A stretch of 43,128 bases of DNA. Source: Clostridia bacterium (lineage in GTDB: Bacteria; Bacillota; Clostridia; Christensenellales; UBA1242). The notes under the pieces were generated by a model. It saw only the letters and a list, made by a program, of their open reading frames with translations. It was not told where the DNA came from and searched no databases. The translations under genes were made by a program, and so were the position numbers. Shown here one piece after another: positions 1 to 8,555 of the stretch; the stretch's first letter is position 1, and each line of letters starts with the position of its first letter. The DNA is taken from positions 1 through 43,128 of the forward strand of contig CAAGCR010000013.1 of NCBI GenBank assembly GCA_900768425.1, in the 5' to 3' direction.

Positions 1-2
1 CG

Positions 3-299
3 TTAAATCAATTAGGTGGTCCAATTTCTACAATAACTCAAATGACACAAGTTGCTTCATATGGTCTTGCTAATTTCTTATATTTATTACCATTGCTTGC
101 AGCCAATTTGGCAATATTCAATATTTTACCAATCCCGGGTTTAGATGGTGCACACGTAGTATTCACAACAATAGAATGGATTCGTGGCAAACCTATTAAA
201 AGAAATGTTGAAAATGCAATTCATGGTTGGGGCATAATATGTCTGTTTGCTTTTGTCATAATAATTGACATAATACATTTAATTACTGCTGGTTTTTAA
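3..299 (+). CDS. rseP: RIP/site-2 zinc metalloprotease RseP (RasP), C-terminal fragment; the 5' end lies outside the window
   Basis: Frame 3 is open from nt 3 (LNQLGGPISTITQ precedes the first Met of ORF 42..299). The translation contains NLAIFNILPIPGLDGAHVVF, the C-terminal M50 NxxPxxxLDG motif. Its position upstream of a polC-like gene and rimP-nusA matches the Bacillus neighbourhood. Confidence 0.8.
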   Translation, partial: LNQLGGPISTITQMTQVASYGLANFLYLLPLLAANLAIFNILPIPGLDGAHVVFTTIEWIRGKPIKRNVENAIHGWGIICLFAFVIIIDIIHLITAGF

Positions 300-321
300 A
301 TAAAAAACTAATGGAGATAAA

Positions 322-1872
322 ATGGATTTTAAAAGTTTACTTTCAAAAAAATTGAATGGAAAATTTGACTTTTTAAAGGTGTTGAAAGTGGTATATAATA
401 CCACTTTTTCAATATGTAACATTAGCTTCATATATCCAGAAAACGAACCAACATTAACAGACAATCAAAAAGAAGAAATAAAACAAGCCTGCCAAGAAGT
501 TTTAGGTCTAAAAGGTAAACTAAATTGCAAATTCAATAAAAGTTATCTAGATGAAAATATTATAAAAAACAATTGTGAAGAATACTTTAAAACCGACTTT
601 GATAGCATCAGTTCTTGCGTAAATATGGATAATGTCTCATATAAACGCAATCTTTTAGCGGTAGAACTTGTTTTTTACGTGAATAATACACTTTATAACT
701 ATTTTATAGATAACGAAATATGTGAAAAAGTAAAAAAGCATTTGCAAGATAATTTCTGTGGCGAGTTTGTTGTTGGCGTACGAGTTGACAACAGTGAAGA
801 CTTTAATGAAGAAGCGCTTGAAGAAAGAGCTGTTTTAATTCAATCACAAATAGAAACAAAAGCAAGAACTCCAAGATACAAAGTGGAAAATGTCAACATT
901 GTTTTTGGTTCTGAAATTATGCCAATGCCCGAATATATTGAAAACTTAAAAACAGAAAAAATCTCCTTAATTTTGGCGGGAACAGTAGTAAATTTAGAGC
1001 AAAAAGAATTTTTGCCACGTAGAAATAAAATTAAAGGCATTGACGAAAAACGCAAAATGTATAAGTTCAAATTAGACGATGGAACAGGTAAGGTTAATTG
1101 CATACATTTTTGCACTAAAAATTCCGAAAAACATTTTGGTCTTATTGAAGAAGGCACATATATTCTTTGCCTAGGAGATTATGTTAAGCGAGATAGTGGC
1201 GAAATGCAATATATGATTAAATCAATCTCGCTATGCAAAAAGAGCGAAGAAGTTGTTGAATATAACGATGAAAAAGTAGAGCAATTAACATACAAATATG
1301 TAAAACCAAAGCCATATACAAGAATGATTCAAAACAACCTTTTTGAAGTCAAAAAAGAGTATCCAGATTACATAATGAACAATACTTTTGTTGTTTTTGA
1401 CGTTGAAACAACAGGTTTAATTCCTGATAAAAACGAAATAACCGAAATCGGTGCGGTAAAAATAGTAAAAGGCGAGATTACCGAAAGTTTCCAAACTTTA
1501 TGCAAACCGCATCAAAGCATATCTGCTGAAATAACAAAACTTACTGGTATAGATGATGAATTAGTAGCAAACGAGCACGCACCGGAAGAAGTAATAGGTG
1601 ACTTTTTGCTATTTGCTGGCAATAGCATTATGGTTGGTTACAATGTAAACTTTGACTATCAATTTATACAAATAACAGCACAAAAAATAGATAAAAAATT
1701 TGATAATGAATTTAGAGATTGTATGGGCGATGCAAAAGCAAAACTATTCTTACCAAATTATAAATTAGGAACAGTCGTAGACCATTTAGGTGTAAATCTT
1801 AACAATGCACACAGAGCTTTACACGATGCCACAGCCACCGCCGAAGCCTTTTTAAAACTAAGTTTGCTATAA
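322..1872 (+). CDS. PolC-like N-terminal region and OB-fold-like segment fused to a DEDDh (DnaQ/epsilon-type) 3'-5' exonuclease; no PHP or polymerase domains
   Basis: ATG at 322 follows a GGAGA RBS. ExoI motif FDVETTGL is at 1396..1419 and ExoIII motif HRALHDA at 1810..1830. The central segment (about 880..1240) has a beta-rich OB-like pattern. The ORF stops at 1872 and is followed by 530 bp with no ORF. Confidence 0.7.
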   Translation: MDFKSLLSKKLNGKFDFLKVLKVVYNTTFSICNISFIYPENEPTLTDNQKEEIKQACQEVLGLKGKLNCKFNKSYLDENIIKNNCEEYFKTDFDSISSCVNMDNVSYKRNLLAVELVFYVNNTLYNYFIDNEICEKVKKHLQDNFCGEFVVGVRVDNSEDFNEEALEERAVLIQSQIETKARTPRYKVENVNIVFGSEIMPMPEYIENLKTEKISLILAGTVVNLEQKEFLPRRNKIKGIDEKRKMYKFKLDDGTGKVNCIHFCTKNSEKHFGLIEEGTYILCLGDYVKRDSGEMQYMIKSISLCKKSEEVVEYNDEKVEQLTYKYVKPKPYTRMIQNNLFEVKKEYPDYIMNNTFVVFDVETTGLIPDKNEITEIGAVKIVKGEITESFQTLCKPHQSISAEITKLTGIDDELVANEHAPEEVIGDFLLFAGNSIMVGYNVNFDYQFIQITAQKIDKKFDNEFRDCMGDAKAKLFLPNYKLGTVVDHLGVNLNNAHRALHDATATAEAFLKLSLL

Positions 1873-1887
1873 ATAGTAACAAGGAGA

Positions 1888-2085
1888 GAAAAATATATTA
1901 TTTTTTGTTCCCCTGTTTAGGGTTTTATACAGCAAATGTATACCTATACATAATAGAAAAATGTCCAAGTTTTTGCTCACCTGTAAGGGTCTTACAGCAA
2001 AAGCACACAAATTTATAGTAGAAAAATATCCAATTTTTTGCTCATTAGCTCGTGGGGAGCCGTCAGCCGAATGAATGACTGAGAG
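1888..2085. repeat. Three degenerate tandem repeats of about 65-68 bp
   Basis: Units start at 1888, 1956 and 2021. Each opens with GAAAAATRT..(C)CAAKTTTTTGYTC. Unit 2 carries a bulged hairpin: TTTTG 1971-75 pairs with CAAAA 1998-2002, and CTGTAAG 1981-87 pairs with CTTACAG 1991-97. Confidence 0.6.
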
Positions 2086-2339
2086 GTATACTATAATAAT
2101 TTTTTTAAAGAAATACGATTTATAAATTGATACAAGTAGGCACACACCGAAGTTTTTTTAAGATATTTAAACAAAACATTATAATTTATTACGCAAAAAT
2201 CAATCACTATTTAGAAGAGTGAAAAATAGTGATTATATAAACATACATAGAATTTTCATAAATACTATACTAACATACTCCATATGTCATTTTTTAACTA
2301 ATTTTTTGTCAATAATATGCAAAAAGTTTATTAAAACTA

Positions 2340-2368
2340 TTGCTTTATTTTGTTAGAAGTGTTAATAT
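2340..2368 (+). promoter_or_regulatory. Candidate sigmaA promoter of the rimP-nusA-infB operon
   Basis: TTGCTT (2340-45), 17-nt spacer, then TGtTAATAT as an extended -10 (2360-68). Other AT-rich matches lie nearby, so placement is uncertain. Confidence 0.3.
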
Positions 2369-2386
2369 ATAAATACATACTAGGTT

Positions 2387-2420
2387 AGGCGTGGGCAAGA
2401 AATTTGCCCACGCTTAATTT
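2387..2420 (+). promoter_or_regulatory. Leader hairpin and possible attenuator upstream of rimP
   Basis: Perfect 10-bp stem: GCGTGGGCAA (2389-98) pairs with TTGCCCACGC (2404-13), loop GAAAT. It is followed by an interrupted T-tract, TTAATTT. It is the only G+C-rich element in an AT-rich leader. Confidence 0.45.
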
Positions 2421-2445
2421 AAGGATGGAATTATTAGGAGAATAT

Positions 2446-2910
2446 ATGGCAAGTAAAGCAATTGAAAAATGCAATCAAAGTGTTGTTCCTGTCATTGAAA
2501 AAATGGGTTACGATGTTTTAGAAGTTGAATATGCCAAAAAGGTAGATGGAATGAATTTAACTTTCTTCATTGACAAACCAGAAGGCATCACACTTGACGA
2601 TTGTGAAAAAGTAAACAATGCAATTACTGATTTGTTGGATGAAATCAATGTATCAGATGATGCTCCTTACATTTTAAATGTAAGTTCCGCTGGACTAGAC
2701 AGACCTATAAAAAATCAAAAAGATTTCAATCGCAATAAGGGTAAACAAGTAGAAATTAAATTATATGTTCCATACAACAAACAAAAATTATATACCGGAG
2801 CATTGATAGGTTTTGATGAAAAAGGTTATACTATAAAAAACGATAAGGGCGAAGAGTTGTTTTTTGAAAAAGATAAAGTTGCACTTTGCTCGCCTGTAAT
2901 AGAATTTTAA
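2446..2910 (+). CDS. rimP: Ribosome maturation factor RimP
   Basis: ATG at 2446 is preceded by AGGAG (2436-40). The ORF-track TTG start at 2404 lies inside the leader hairpin, so I reject it. Sequence is RimP-like (VLEVEY...LTFFIDKPEGITLDDCEKV) and the gene sits directly upstream of nusA. Confidence 0.85.
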   Translation: MASKAIEKCNQSVVPVIEKMGYDVLEVEYAKKVDGMNLTFFIDKPEGITLDDCEKVNNAITDLLDEINVSDDAPYILNVSSAGLDRPIKNQKDFNRNKGKQVEIKLYVPYNKQKLYTGALIGFDEKGYTIKNDKGEELFFEKDKVALCSPVIEF

Positions 2911-2922
2911 GGAGAAATATAA

Positions 2923-4050
2923 ATGACAAACAAAGATTTTTTTCAAGCATTAGAAGATCTTGAACGTGAAAAAAACATAAATTCAGAGCAATTTATAGAA
3001 TCATTAGAAGCAGCACTTACATCTGCGTATAAAAAAGTATATGGTGAAGCGAAATCTGCATTGGTAAAACTTAATCCAGAAAAAGCAACAATTAAAATAT
3101 ACAGTTATAAAACTGTTGTAGAAAATGTTGAAGATTCTGATAAAGAAATCAGTTTGGAAAATGCTCGCCAAATTAAAAAATCATACGCAATAGGTGATGT
3201 TGTTACCGAAGAAGTAAGTCCTAAAGATTTTGGCAGAATTGCCGCTCAAACCGCAAAACAAGTTGTTATGCAAAAGCTAAAAGAACTTGAAAGGGAACAA
3301 GCATTAAGTGAAATTGCGGAAAAAGAAGATGAACTTATCACAACCATTATTAAAAGAGTAGAAAATGGCACAGTTTATGTTCAACTTGCCGGCTCTAATA
3401 TGGAAGGTGTAATGCTAGAAAATGACCAAATACCGGGCGAAAAGTACAACGTTGGTGATAGAATTAAGGTTTACGTTAAAAAAATCAAAGATTCTTTCAA
3501 AGGTCCACAAGTTCAAGTTTCACGTTCATACAATGGCTTTGTAAAAAAATTATTTGAAATTGAAGTTCCCGAAGTTGCCAGTGGCGATGTTGAAATTAAA
3601 AGCATTGCTCGTGACCCAGGAAATCGTTGCAAAGTTGCAATTTACAGCACAAAACCACACATTGATGCATTAGGTGCTTGTGTTGGTAATCGTGGTGTTA
3701 GAATAAATACAATTATGGGTGAATTAAACGGTGAAAAAATTGACCTTGTTCCATATTCTGATGACCCATTAGAATATATAGCAAAAGCATTAGCACCGGC
3801 AGAAGTTTTATCTGTTGAAATCAATGAAAGTTTAAAAGCATCACAAGTTATTGTTCCTGATGATAAATTATCATTGGCAATAGGCAAAAAAGGTCAAAAT
3901 GTTAGACTTGCTGCCAAACTTACTGGTTGGAAAATAGATGTTAAACCAAAGAGCAAAGCCGATGGCTCATTAGAGTCAACACCGGATTATGAAATTACAA
4001 GCATTGATGACGATGATGACACATTTGCTAATCTTGAAGATATTACCTAA
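2923..4050 (+). CDS. nusA: Transcription termination/antitermination factor NusA
   Basis: AAGGAG RBS. Contains an S1 domain (GDRIKVYV) and KH domains (IGKKGQNVRLAAKLTGWKIDV). Sits in the rimP-nusA-ylxR-infB order. Confidence 0.95.
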   Translation: MTNKDFFQALEDLEREKNINSEQFIESLEAALTSAYKKVYGEAKSALVKLNPEKATIKIYSYKTVVENVEDSDKEISLENARQIKKSYAIGDVVTEEVSPKDFGRIAAQTAKQVVMQKLKELEREQALSEIAEKEDELITTIIKRVENGTVYVQLAGSNMEGVMLENDQIPGEKYNVGDRIKVYVKKIKDSFKGPQVQVSRSYNGFVKKLFEIEVPEVASGDVEIKSIARDPGNRCKVAIYSTKPHIDALGACVGNRGVRINTIMGELNGEKIDLVPYSDDPLEYIAKALAPAEVLSVEINESLKASQVIVPDDKLSLAIGKKGQNVRLAAKLTGWKIDVKPKSKADGSLESTPDYEITSIDDDDDTFANLEDIT

Positions 4051-4065
4051 TTTAAGGAGTCTATT

Positions 4066-4329
4066 TTGAAACAAGAAATAAATCGTATGTGTTTCATATG
4101 TAGAAAGACACATAATAAACAAGATATGCTAAGAATTGTAAAAAATTCGGCAGGTGAGATATTTATTGATAAAACCGGCAAAGCAAACGGTCGTGGTGCA
4201 TATATTTGTAGAGATGCAAATTGTATAGAGCAAATTAAGAAACAAAAAATACTATCAAAAGCATTTAAGTGCGAAGTACCGCTAGATGTATATCAAAAAT
4301 TGTGCGAGGAATTAATTGATAAAAAATAA
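4066..4329 (+). CDS. ylxR: YlxR/RnpM family (DUF448) RNA-binding protein
   Basis: TTG start 7 nt after AAGGAG (4053-58). Contains RMCFICRK...GRGAYIC, typical of the family. Conserved position after nusA. Confidence 0.85.
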   Translation: MKQEINRMCFICRKTHNKQDMLRIVKNSAGEIFIDKTGKANGRGAYICRDANCIEQIKKQKILSKAFKCEVPLDVYQKLCEELIDKK

Positions 4330-4633
4330 TTTAGATAAAATTAAAGGTTATGTCGGAATTGCCAATAGAGCAAATTATATAATATTTGGTTCTGATAATC
4401 TAAAAGGTTATACACATAAATTATATATTGTGCTTTATAGGCAAGACTATGGCAAAACTATTCAAAAAACATTAAATGAATTAAGTGAAAGAAATATACC
4501 TTGTATTAAACTGGATATAAATGATTTTGATTATATAACAGGCTTAACAAATTGCAAACTGCTTGCAATAAAAAACAAAGGCATTTCAGATCAGGTACTA
4601 AAAATATTAAGGAGTGAAAATATTAGTGGCTAA
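4316..4633 (+). CDS. ylxQ: L7Ae-family ribosomal-protein-like protein YlxQ
   Basis: Small ORF between ylxR and infB. Contains GIANRANYIIFGSDN, an L7Ae-like pattern. The TTG start overlaps the ylxR stop and is uncertain. Confidence 0.7.
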   Translation: MIKNNLDKIKGYVGIANRANYIIFGSDNLKGYTHKLYIVLYRQDYGKTIQKTLNELSERNIPCIKLDINDFDYITGLTNCKLLAIKNKGISDQVLKILRSENISG

Positions 4634-7196
4634 CGAAAAAACAAATGGATTGAATAATTTAAAAACAATCAATCAAATTCAAAAAGAAGGCGTATTACAA
4701 GAACTATTGCGTGATTTACGCTCAACAAAAAGCCAATTAGAGATGTTAGTTAAAAACACATCTCGCTTTATTGCGGCAAAAAAAGAGAAAGAAAAAGAAA
4801 AGGAAATAGAAAAACCTGTTCAGAAAGAAGAAAAAAATGAAGCAATAGAGCATATCGCACCAAAGGCAGAAAAAGAACCTGTTATTGAAAAGGCTGAAGA
4901 AAAATCAGAAGTTAAACAACCTGTTCAATCGCGTGATAATAATAGACAAAATGGCTATAATCGCGATCAAAGACAAAATAATTATCAAAATAATTATTAT
5001 AACGATAGACGTCAGTTTAATAATAATCGTGATCAGCGTCAATTTGGCAATAATAATGGCTTTAATAGACAATACAACAATCAACGCCAATTTGGTAACT
5101 TTAATAATAACGAAAGACGTCCATATAATAACAATTTTAACGGCGAAAGACGTCCTTTTAATAACCAAAATGGTTTTGCACAAAGTAAAGCAAATACATT
5201 TAAAAGTTTTGTTCCACTAGAGAGTTCAAAGGTTTTAGCCGGTCCTGAAAAGACTTTTGCAGGCAAAAAAGCACCGGTTAAGTCTCAATATGATGAAAAG
5301 AAACAAATGAGTAAAAAATCTCTTATGAAAAGAGGTTTCATTATTGATGATTCATACAATGAAGATTTAGATGGCGTAAGAATGGGTTCAAGAAAACTCG
5401 TTAAATCTAAAAAGAAAGAAACACCTACTTTTGTTGCACCTGCCATTGAAAATGCAGTTATAACAACTGAAAGTGTAACAGTTAAAACATTGTCAGAAAA
5501 AACAGGGAAACCTGTAACTGAAATCATTAAAAAATTAATGATATTAGGTGTAATGGCAACAATTAATAGTTCGCTTGACTTTACGACTGCTGAACTTGTT
5601 GCAGAAGAATTGGGTGTAAAACTAGAACAAAAACTTGAAAAAACCTATGAAGAGCAATTAGAGGAACAATCAAAAGAAATTGGTGATCACGCAATTAAAC
5701 GCCCACCAGTTGTAACTGTTATGGGGCACGTTGACCATGGTAAAACATCACTCCTAGATGCAATAAGAAAAACCAATGTTGTTAGCGGTGAAGCCGGTGG
5801 TATTACACAAAAAATTGGTGCATATCAAGTATCGTGGAATGGAGAAAAAATCACATTCATTGATACACCAGGTCACGCAGCATTTACCGCAATGCGTGCA
5901 AGAGGTGCAAAGGTTACTGATATTGCTATTCTAGTAGTTGCTGCCGATGATGGTATTATGCCACAAACTATTGAAGCAATAAATCACATTAAAGCCGCCG
6001 CTTGTCCAATGATTGTTGCAATCAATAAAATGGATAAACCAGAAGCAAATCCAGAAAGAGTTAAACAACAGTTGGCAGAAAATGGTGTATTGCCAGAAGA
6101 ATGGGGTGGTGATACTATACTTGTTCCAATTTCAGCAAAGCAAGGTGTTGGCATTGATAAATTATTAGAAACTGTGCTTTTAGTTGCCGAAATGCAAGAA
6201 TTAAAGGCTGATCCAACACAAATGGCTGTTGGTGCTGTTATAGAAGCCGAACTAGACAAAAATCGTGGACCTATTGCAACGGTATTAATTCAAAATGGTA
6301 CATTGCACGTTGGCGATAGTGTTATGAGTGGTATCACTTATGGTAAGGTAAGAGCAATGTTTGATGAATATGGCAAACAATTAAAATCTGCTCCACCTAG
6401 CACTCCTGTTGCTATTCTAGGTTTAGATTCTGTTCCAAATGCAGGTGATCAAGTATATGCTATTGATGAAAAATTATCTAAACAAGTTATTCAAGAAAGA
6501 ATCAACAAGATAAAAGAAGAACGTGCTAACTCTACCTCGGGTGTGTCATTAGATGATTTTATGGATAGGGTAAACGAAGGTAAATTAAAGACATTAAACA
6601 TCATAATCAAAGCAGACGTTCAAGGCTCTGTTGAAGCATTAAAACAAACTCTAACATCAATTAAAAATGAAGAAGCAAAAGTTGTTTGTATCCATAGTGG
6701 TGCAGGTCCTGTTACAGAATCTGATGTTATATTGGCAGGTGCAAGTGATGCAGTTATAATCAACTTTAACCTAAAAATTGCTGGAAAGATTGAACAATTT
6801 GCTGAAAATCAAAAAGTACAAATCAAGTCTTATAAAGTAATATATGAATGTGTTGATGAAATAACAAAAGCATTAACAGGTATGCTTTCTGTTAAATATG
6901 AAGATAAAGTCATTGGTCATGCAGAAGTTAGAGCAATGTTTAAATTATCAAGTGCGGGTATTGTTTGTGGCTCTTATATTAAAGATGGTAAAGTAACTCG
7001 TAATTCATATGTTAATGTGTTTAGGGGTGATGAAAAAATATTACAAACACAAATAGAAGCATTAAAGATTCAAAAAGATGATAAAGCAGAAGTAAATTAT
7101 GGTTACGAATGCGGTATTAAACTAAAAGACAGCACTGGTGTTCAAGTAGGTGATATATTTGAAGTTTATGAAAAAGTTGAAATCAAAAGGGGATAA
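4626..7196 (+). CDS. infB: Translation initiation factor IF-2
   Basis: GTPase motifs are GHVDHGKTSLLD, DTPGH and NKMD. I prefer the GTG at 4626 because the in-frame GTG at 4614 overlaps the AAGGAG RBS (4609-14). The N-terminus carries an N/Q/R-rich low-complexity tract. Confidence 0.95.
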   Translation: MANEKTNGLNNLKTINQIQKEGVLQELLRDLRSTKSQLEMLVKNTSRFIAAKKEKEKEKEIEKPVQKEEKNEAIEHIAPKAEKEPVIEKAEEKSEVKQPVQSRDNNRQNGYNRDQRQNNYQNNYYNDRRQFNNNRDQRQFGNNNGFNRQYNNQRQFGNFNNNERRPYNNNFNGERRPFNNQNGFAQSKANTFKSFVPLESSKVLAGPEKTFAGKKAPVKSQYDEKKQMSKKSLMKRGFIIDDSYNEDLDGVRMGSRKLVKSKKKETPTFVAPAIENAVITTESVTVKTLSEKTGKPVTEIIKKLMILGVMATINSSLDFTTAELVAEELGVKLEQKLEKTYEEQLEEQSKEIGDHAIKRPPVVTVMGHVDHGKTSLLDAIRKTNVVSGEAGGITQKIGAYQVSWNGEKITFIDTPGHAAFTAMRARGAKVTDIAILVVAADDGIMPQTIEAINHIKAAACPMIVAINKMDKPEANPERVKQQLAENGVLPEEWGGDTILVPISAKQGVGIDKLLETVLLVAEMQELKADPTQMAVGAVIEAELDKNRGPIATVLIQNGTLHVGDSVMSGITYGKVRAMFDEYGKQLKSAPPSTPVAILGLDSVPNAGDQVYAIDEKLSKQVIQERINKIKEERANSTSGVSLDDFMDRVNEGKLKTLNIIIKADVQGSVEALKQTLTSIKNEEAKVVCIHSGAGPVTESDVILAGASDAVIINFNLKIAGKIEQFAENQKVQIKSYKVIYECVDEITKALTGMLSVKYEDKVIGHAEVRAMFKLSSAGIVCGSYIKDGKVTRNSYVNVFRGDEKILQTQIEALKIQKDDKAEVNYGYECGIKLKDSTGVQVGDIFEVYEKVEIKRG

Positions 7197-7201
7197 TTTT
7201 T

Positions 7202-7582
7202 ATGGAAAATGTAAGACAAGAGCGTGCAAGTGCTGAGATAGCAAAAGCATTAGATGTAATTTTGCGTGAAAAAATCAACGACCCTAGAATTAAAAGGCTT
7301 TTTATTACAATAACCTATGTAAAAACATCTGCAGATTTTAGACATGCTAAGGTAGGTTTTAGTGTCTTAAACGCAAATAAAACAGAAGCACAAAAACTAC
7401 TACAAAAAATGGAAGGTTTTATAAAAAAAGAATTGTTGCAAATGGTTAAATTACCATATGCACCAGAATTGACTTTTGTTGCTGACTTAGGTGAGGAAAA
7501 TAGCGAAAGAATAAATGATATTCTTAAAAATTTAAACATACCGAAAGAAGAACAAAATGATGATAATGATGATTTAATTTAA
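7202..7582 (+). CDS. rbfA: Ribosome-binding factor A
   Basis: RbfA-like sequence (RASAEIAKALDVILREKINDPR...PELTF). Lies immediately after infB. Confidence 0.9.
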   Translation: MENVRQERASAEIAKALDVILREKINDPRIKRLFITITYVKTSADFRHAKVGFSVLNANKTEAQKLLQKMEGFIKKELLQMVKLPYAPELTFVADLGEENSERINDILKNLNIPKEEQNDDNDDLI

Positions 7583-7601
7583 TGAATACAAAGGCATTAA
7601 A

Positions 7602-8555
7602 ATGGAAGAAATAATTAAAAAAATTAAGCAAAGTAAAAGAGTAGGCATAATAGCACATATATCACCTGATCCTGATTGTATGAGCAGTATGACTGCTCTT
7701 TCTTGCATATTAAATCAAATGGGAAAACAAACACATATGTTTGTTGATTGTGATAAATTTAGAGATATAATGTTATATTACGAATTACCTGATAACATAA
7801 ATGGAGATATTAATGCAGAAGAATTTGATACATTAATTGCGGTTGATTTGCCTCAATTATCTTTAATCGGAAAATATGGAGACGTATTTAAAAATCATAA
7901 AAATACAATAGTAATTGACCATCACGAATCTAGAAATTTAGAGGCGACAGTAAAATATGTTGATGCAACAATGTCTAGTTGTAGTGAAATTATTTTTGAT
8001 TTGGCTGAGAAATTGAATGTTGAAATAACTTCAAGAATTGCAAGTCTTTTATATGCAGGAATAATAGGTGATACAAATTGTTTTCAAAACGATAATATAA
8101 ATGAGCATACCTTTTTAACAGCCGCAGGTTGTATAAAATATGGTGCAGATAAAAATAATGTAACATTTATATTTCAAAAACATCAAACCTATGAAGAATT
8201 AAAACTAAAACAGTTAGCATATCAAAATATGGTTATAAAAAACAAAGTTGCCTATTGCATATTTACTAAAAAAATGTTTAAACAAGCAGGTGTTGAAGAA
8301 TGTCCAACATTTGTTAATGAAATGTTAAACACTGATGATAATGTTTTTGCATTTGTCATAAAACAAAAAGAAAAAAATACATACACAGTTTCGTTTAGGT
8401 GTAAAGAGGGCTTTAATGTCGCTCAAATAGCACAAAAATTTGGTGGTGGTGGACATATTCAAGCTGCAGGAACAATGTTTGTCGGTGCTCCAACGAAAAA
8501 CGCAAAGTTAATTTATGAAGAGTGTATAAAACAACTGGAAGGTAAAAATGTTTGA
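7602..8555 (+). CDS. nrnA: DHH/DHHA1 phosphoesterase (NrnA-like oligoribonuclease/pAp phosphatase)
   Basis: Motifs HISPDPDCMSS, IVIDHHES and the DHHA1 signature GGGGH. Confidence 0.8.
   Translation: MEEIIKKIKQSKRVGIIAHISPDPDCMSSMTALSCILNQMGKQTHMFVDCDKFRDIMLYYELPDNINGDINAEEFDTLIAVDLPQLSLIGKYGDVFKNHKNTIVIDHHESRNLEATVKYVDATMSSCSEIIFDLAEKLNVEITSRIASLLYAGIIGDTNCFQNDNINEHTFLTAAGCIKYGADKNNVTFIFQKHQTYEELKLKQLAYQNMVIKNKVAYCIFTKKMFKQAGVEECPTFVNEMLNTDDNVFAFVIKQKEKNTYTVSFRCKEGFNVAQIAQKFGGGGHIQAAGTMFVGAPTKNAKLIYEECIKQLEGKNV

Noticed and set aside
1867-2145. 92-aa ORF on the - strand in the polC-like/rimP spacer, and the idea that the three tandem repeats form a CRISPR array.
   Set aside because: The ORF has no RBS and spans the degenerate repeats. 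The repeat units are contiguous, about 65 bp, with no unique spacers. They diverge progressively and no cas genes are present.
2404-2445. TTG start for rimP at 2404 (ORF track), the TTG/GTG starts at 11479 (spoIIIAA), 21164 (oapA-like), 27760 (dacF), 29774 (scpA), 31826 (ytfJ) and 32190 (dacB), and the ATG at 35324 (small FakA-like protein).
   Set aside because: In each case a downstream in-frame ATG has a properly spaced Shine-Dalgarno sequence, gives a product of family-typical length, or begins at the signal peptide. The upstream extension overlaps a hairpin, a repeat or the preceding gene.
4885-5220. 111-aa (+) and 92-aa (-, 4905..5183) ORFs inside infB.
   Set aside because: They are alternative-frame artefacts of the A/T-rich N/Q/R repeat tract. 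Their translations are Ile/Lys/Asn low-complexity strings. They lie wholly within a well-supported gene.
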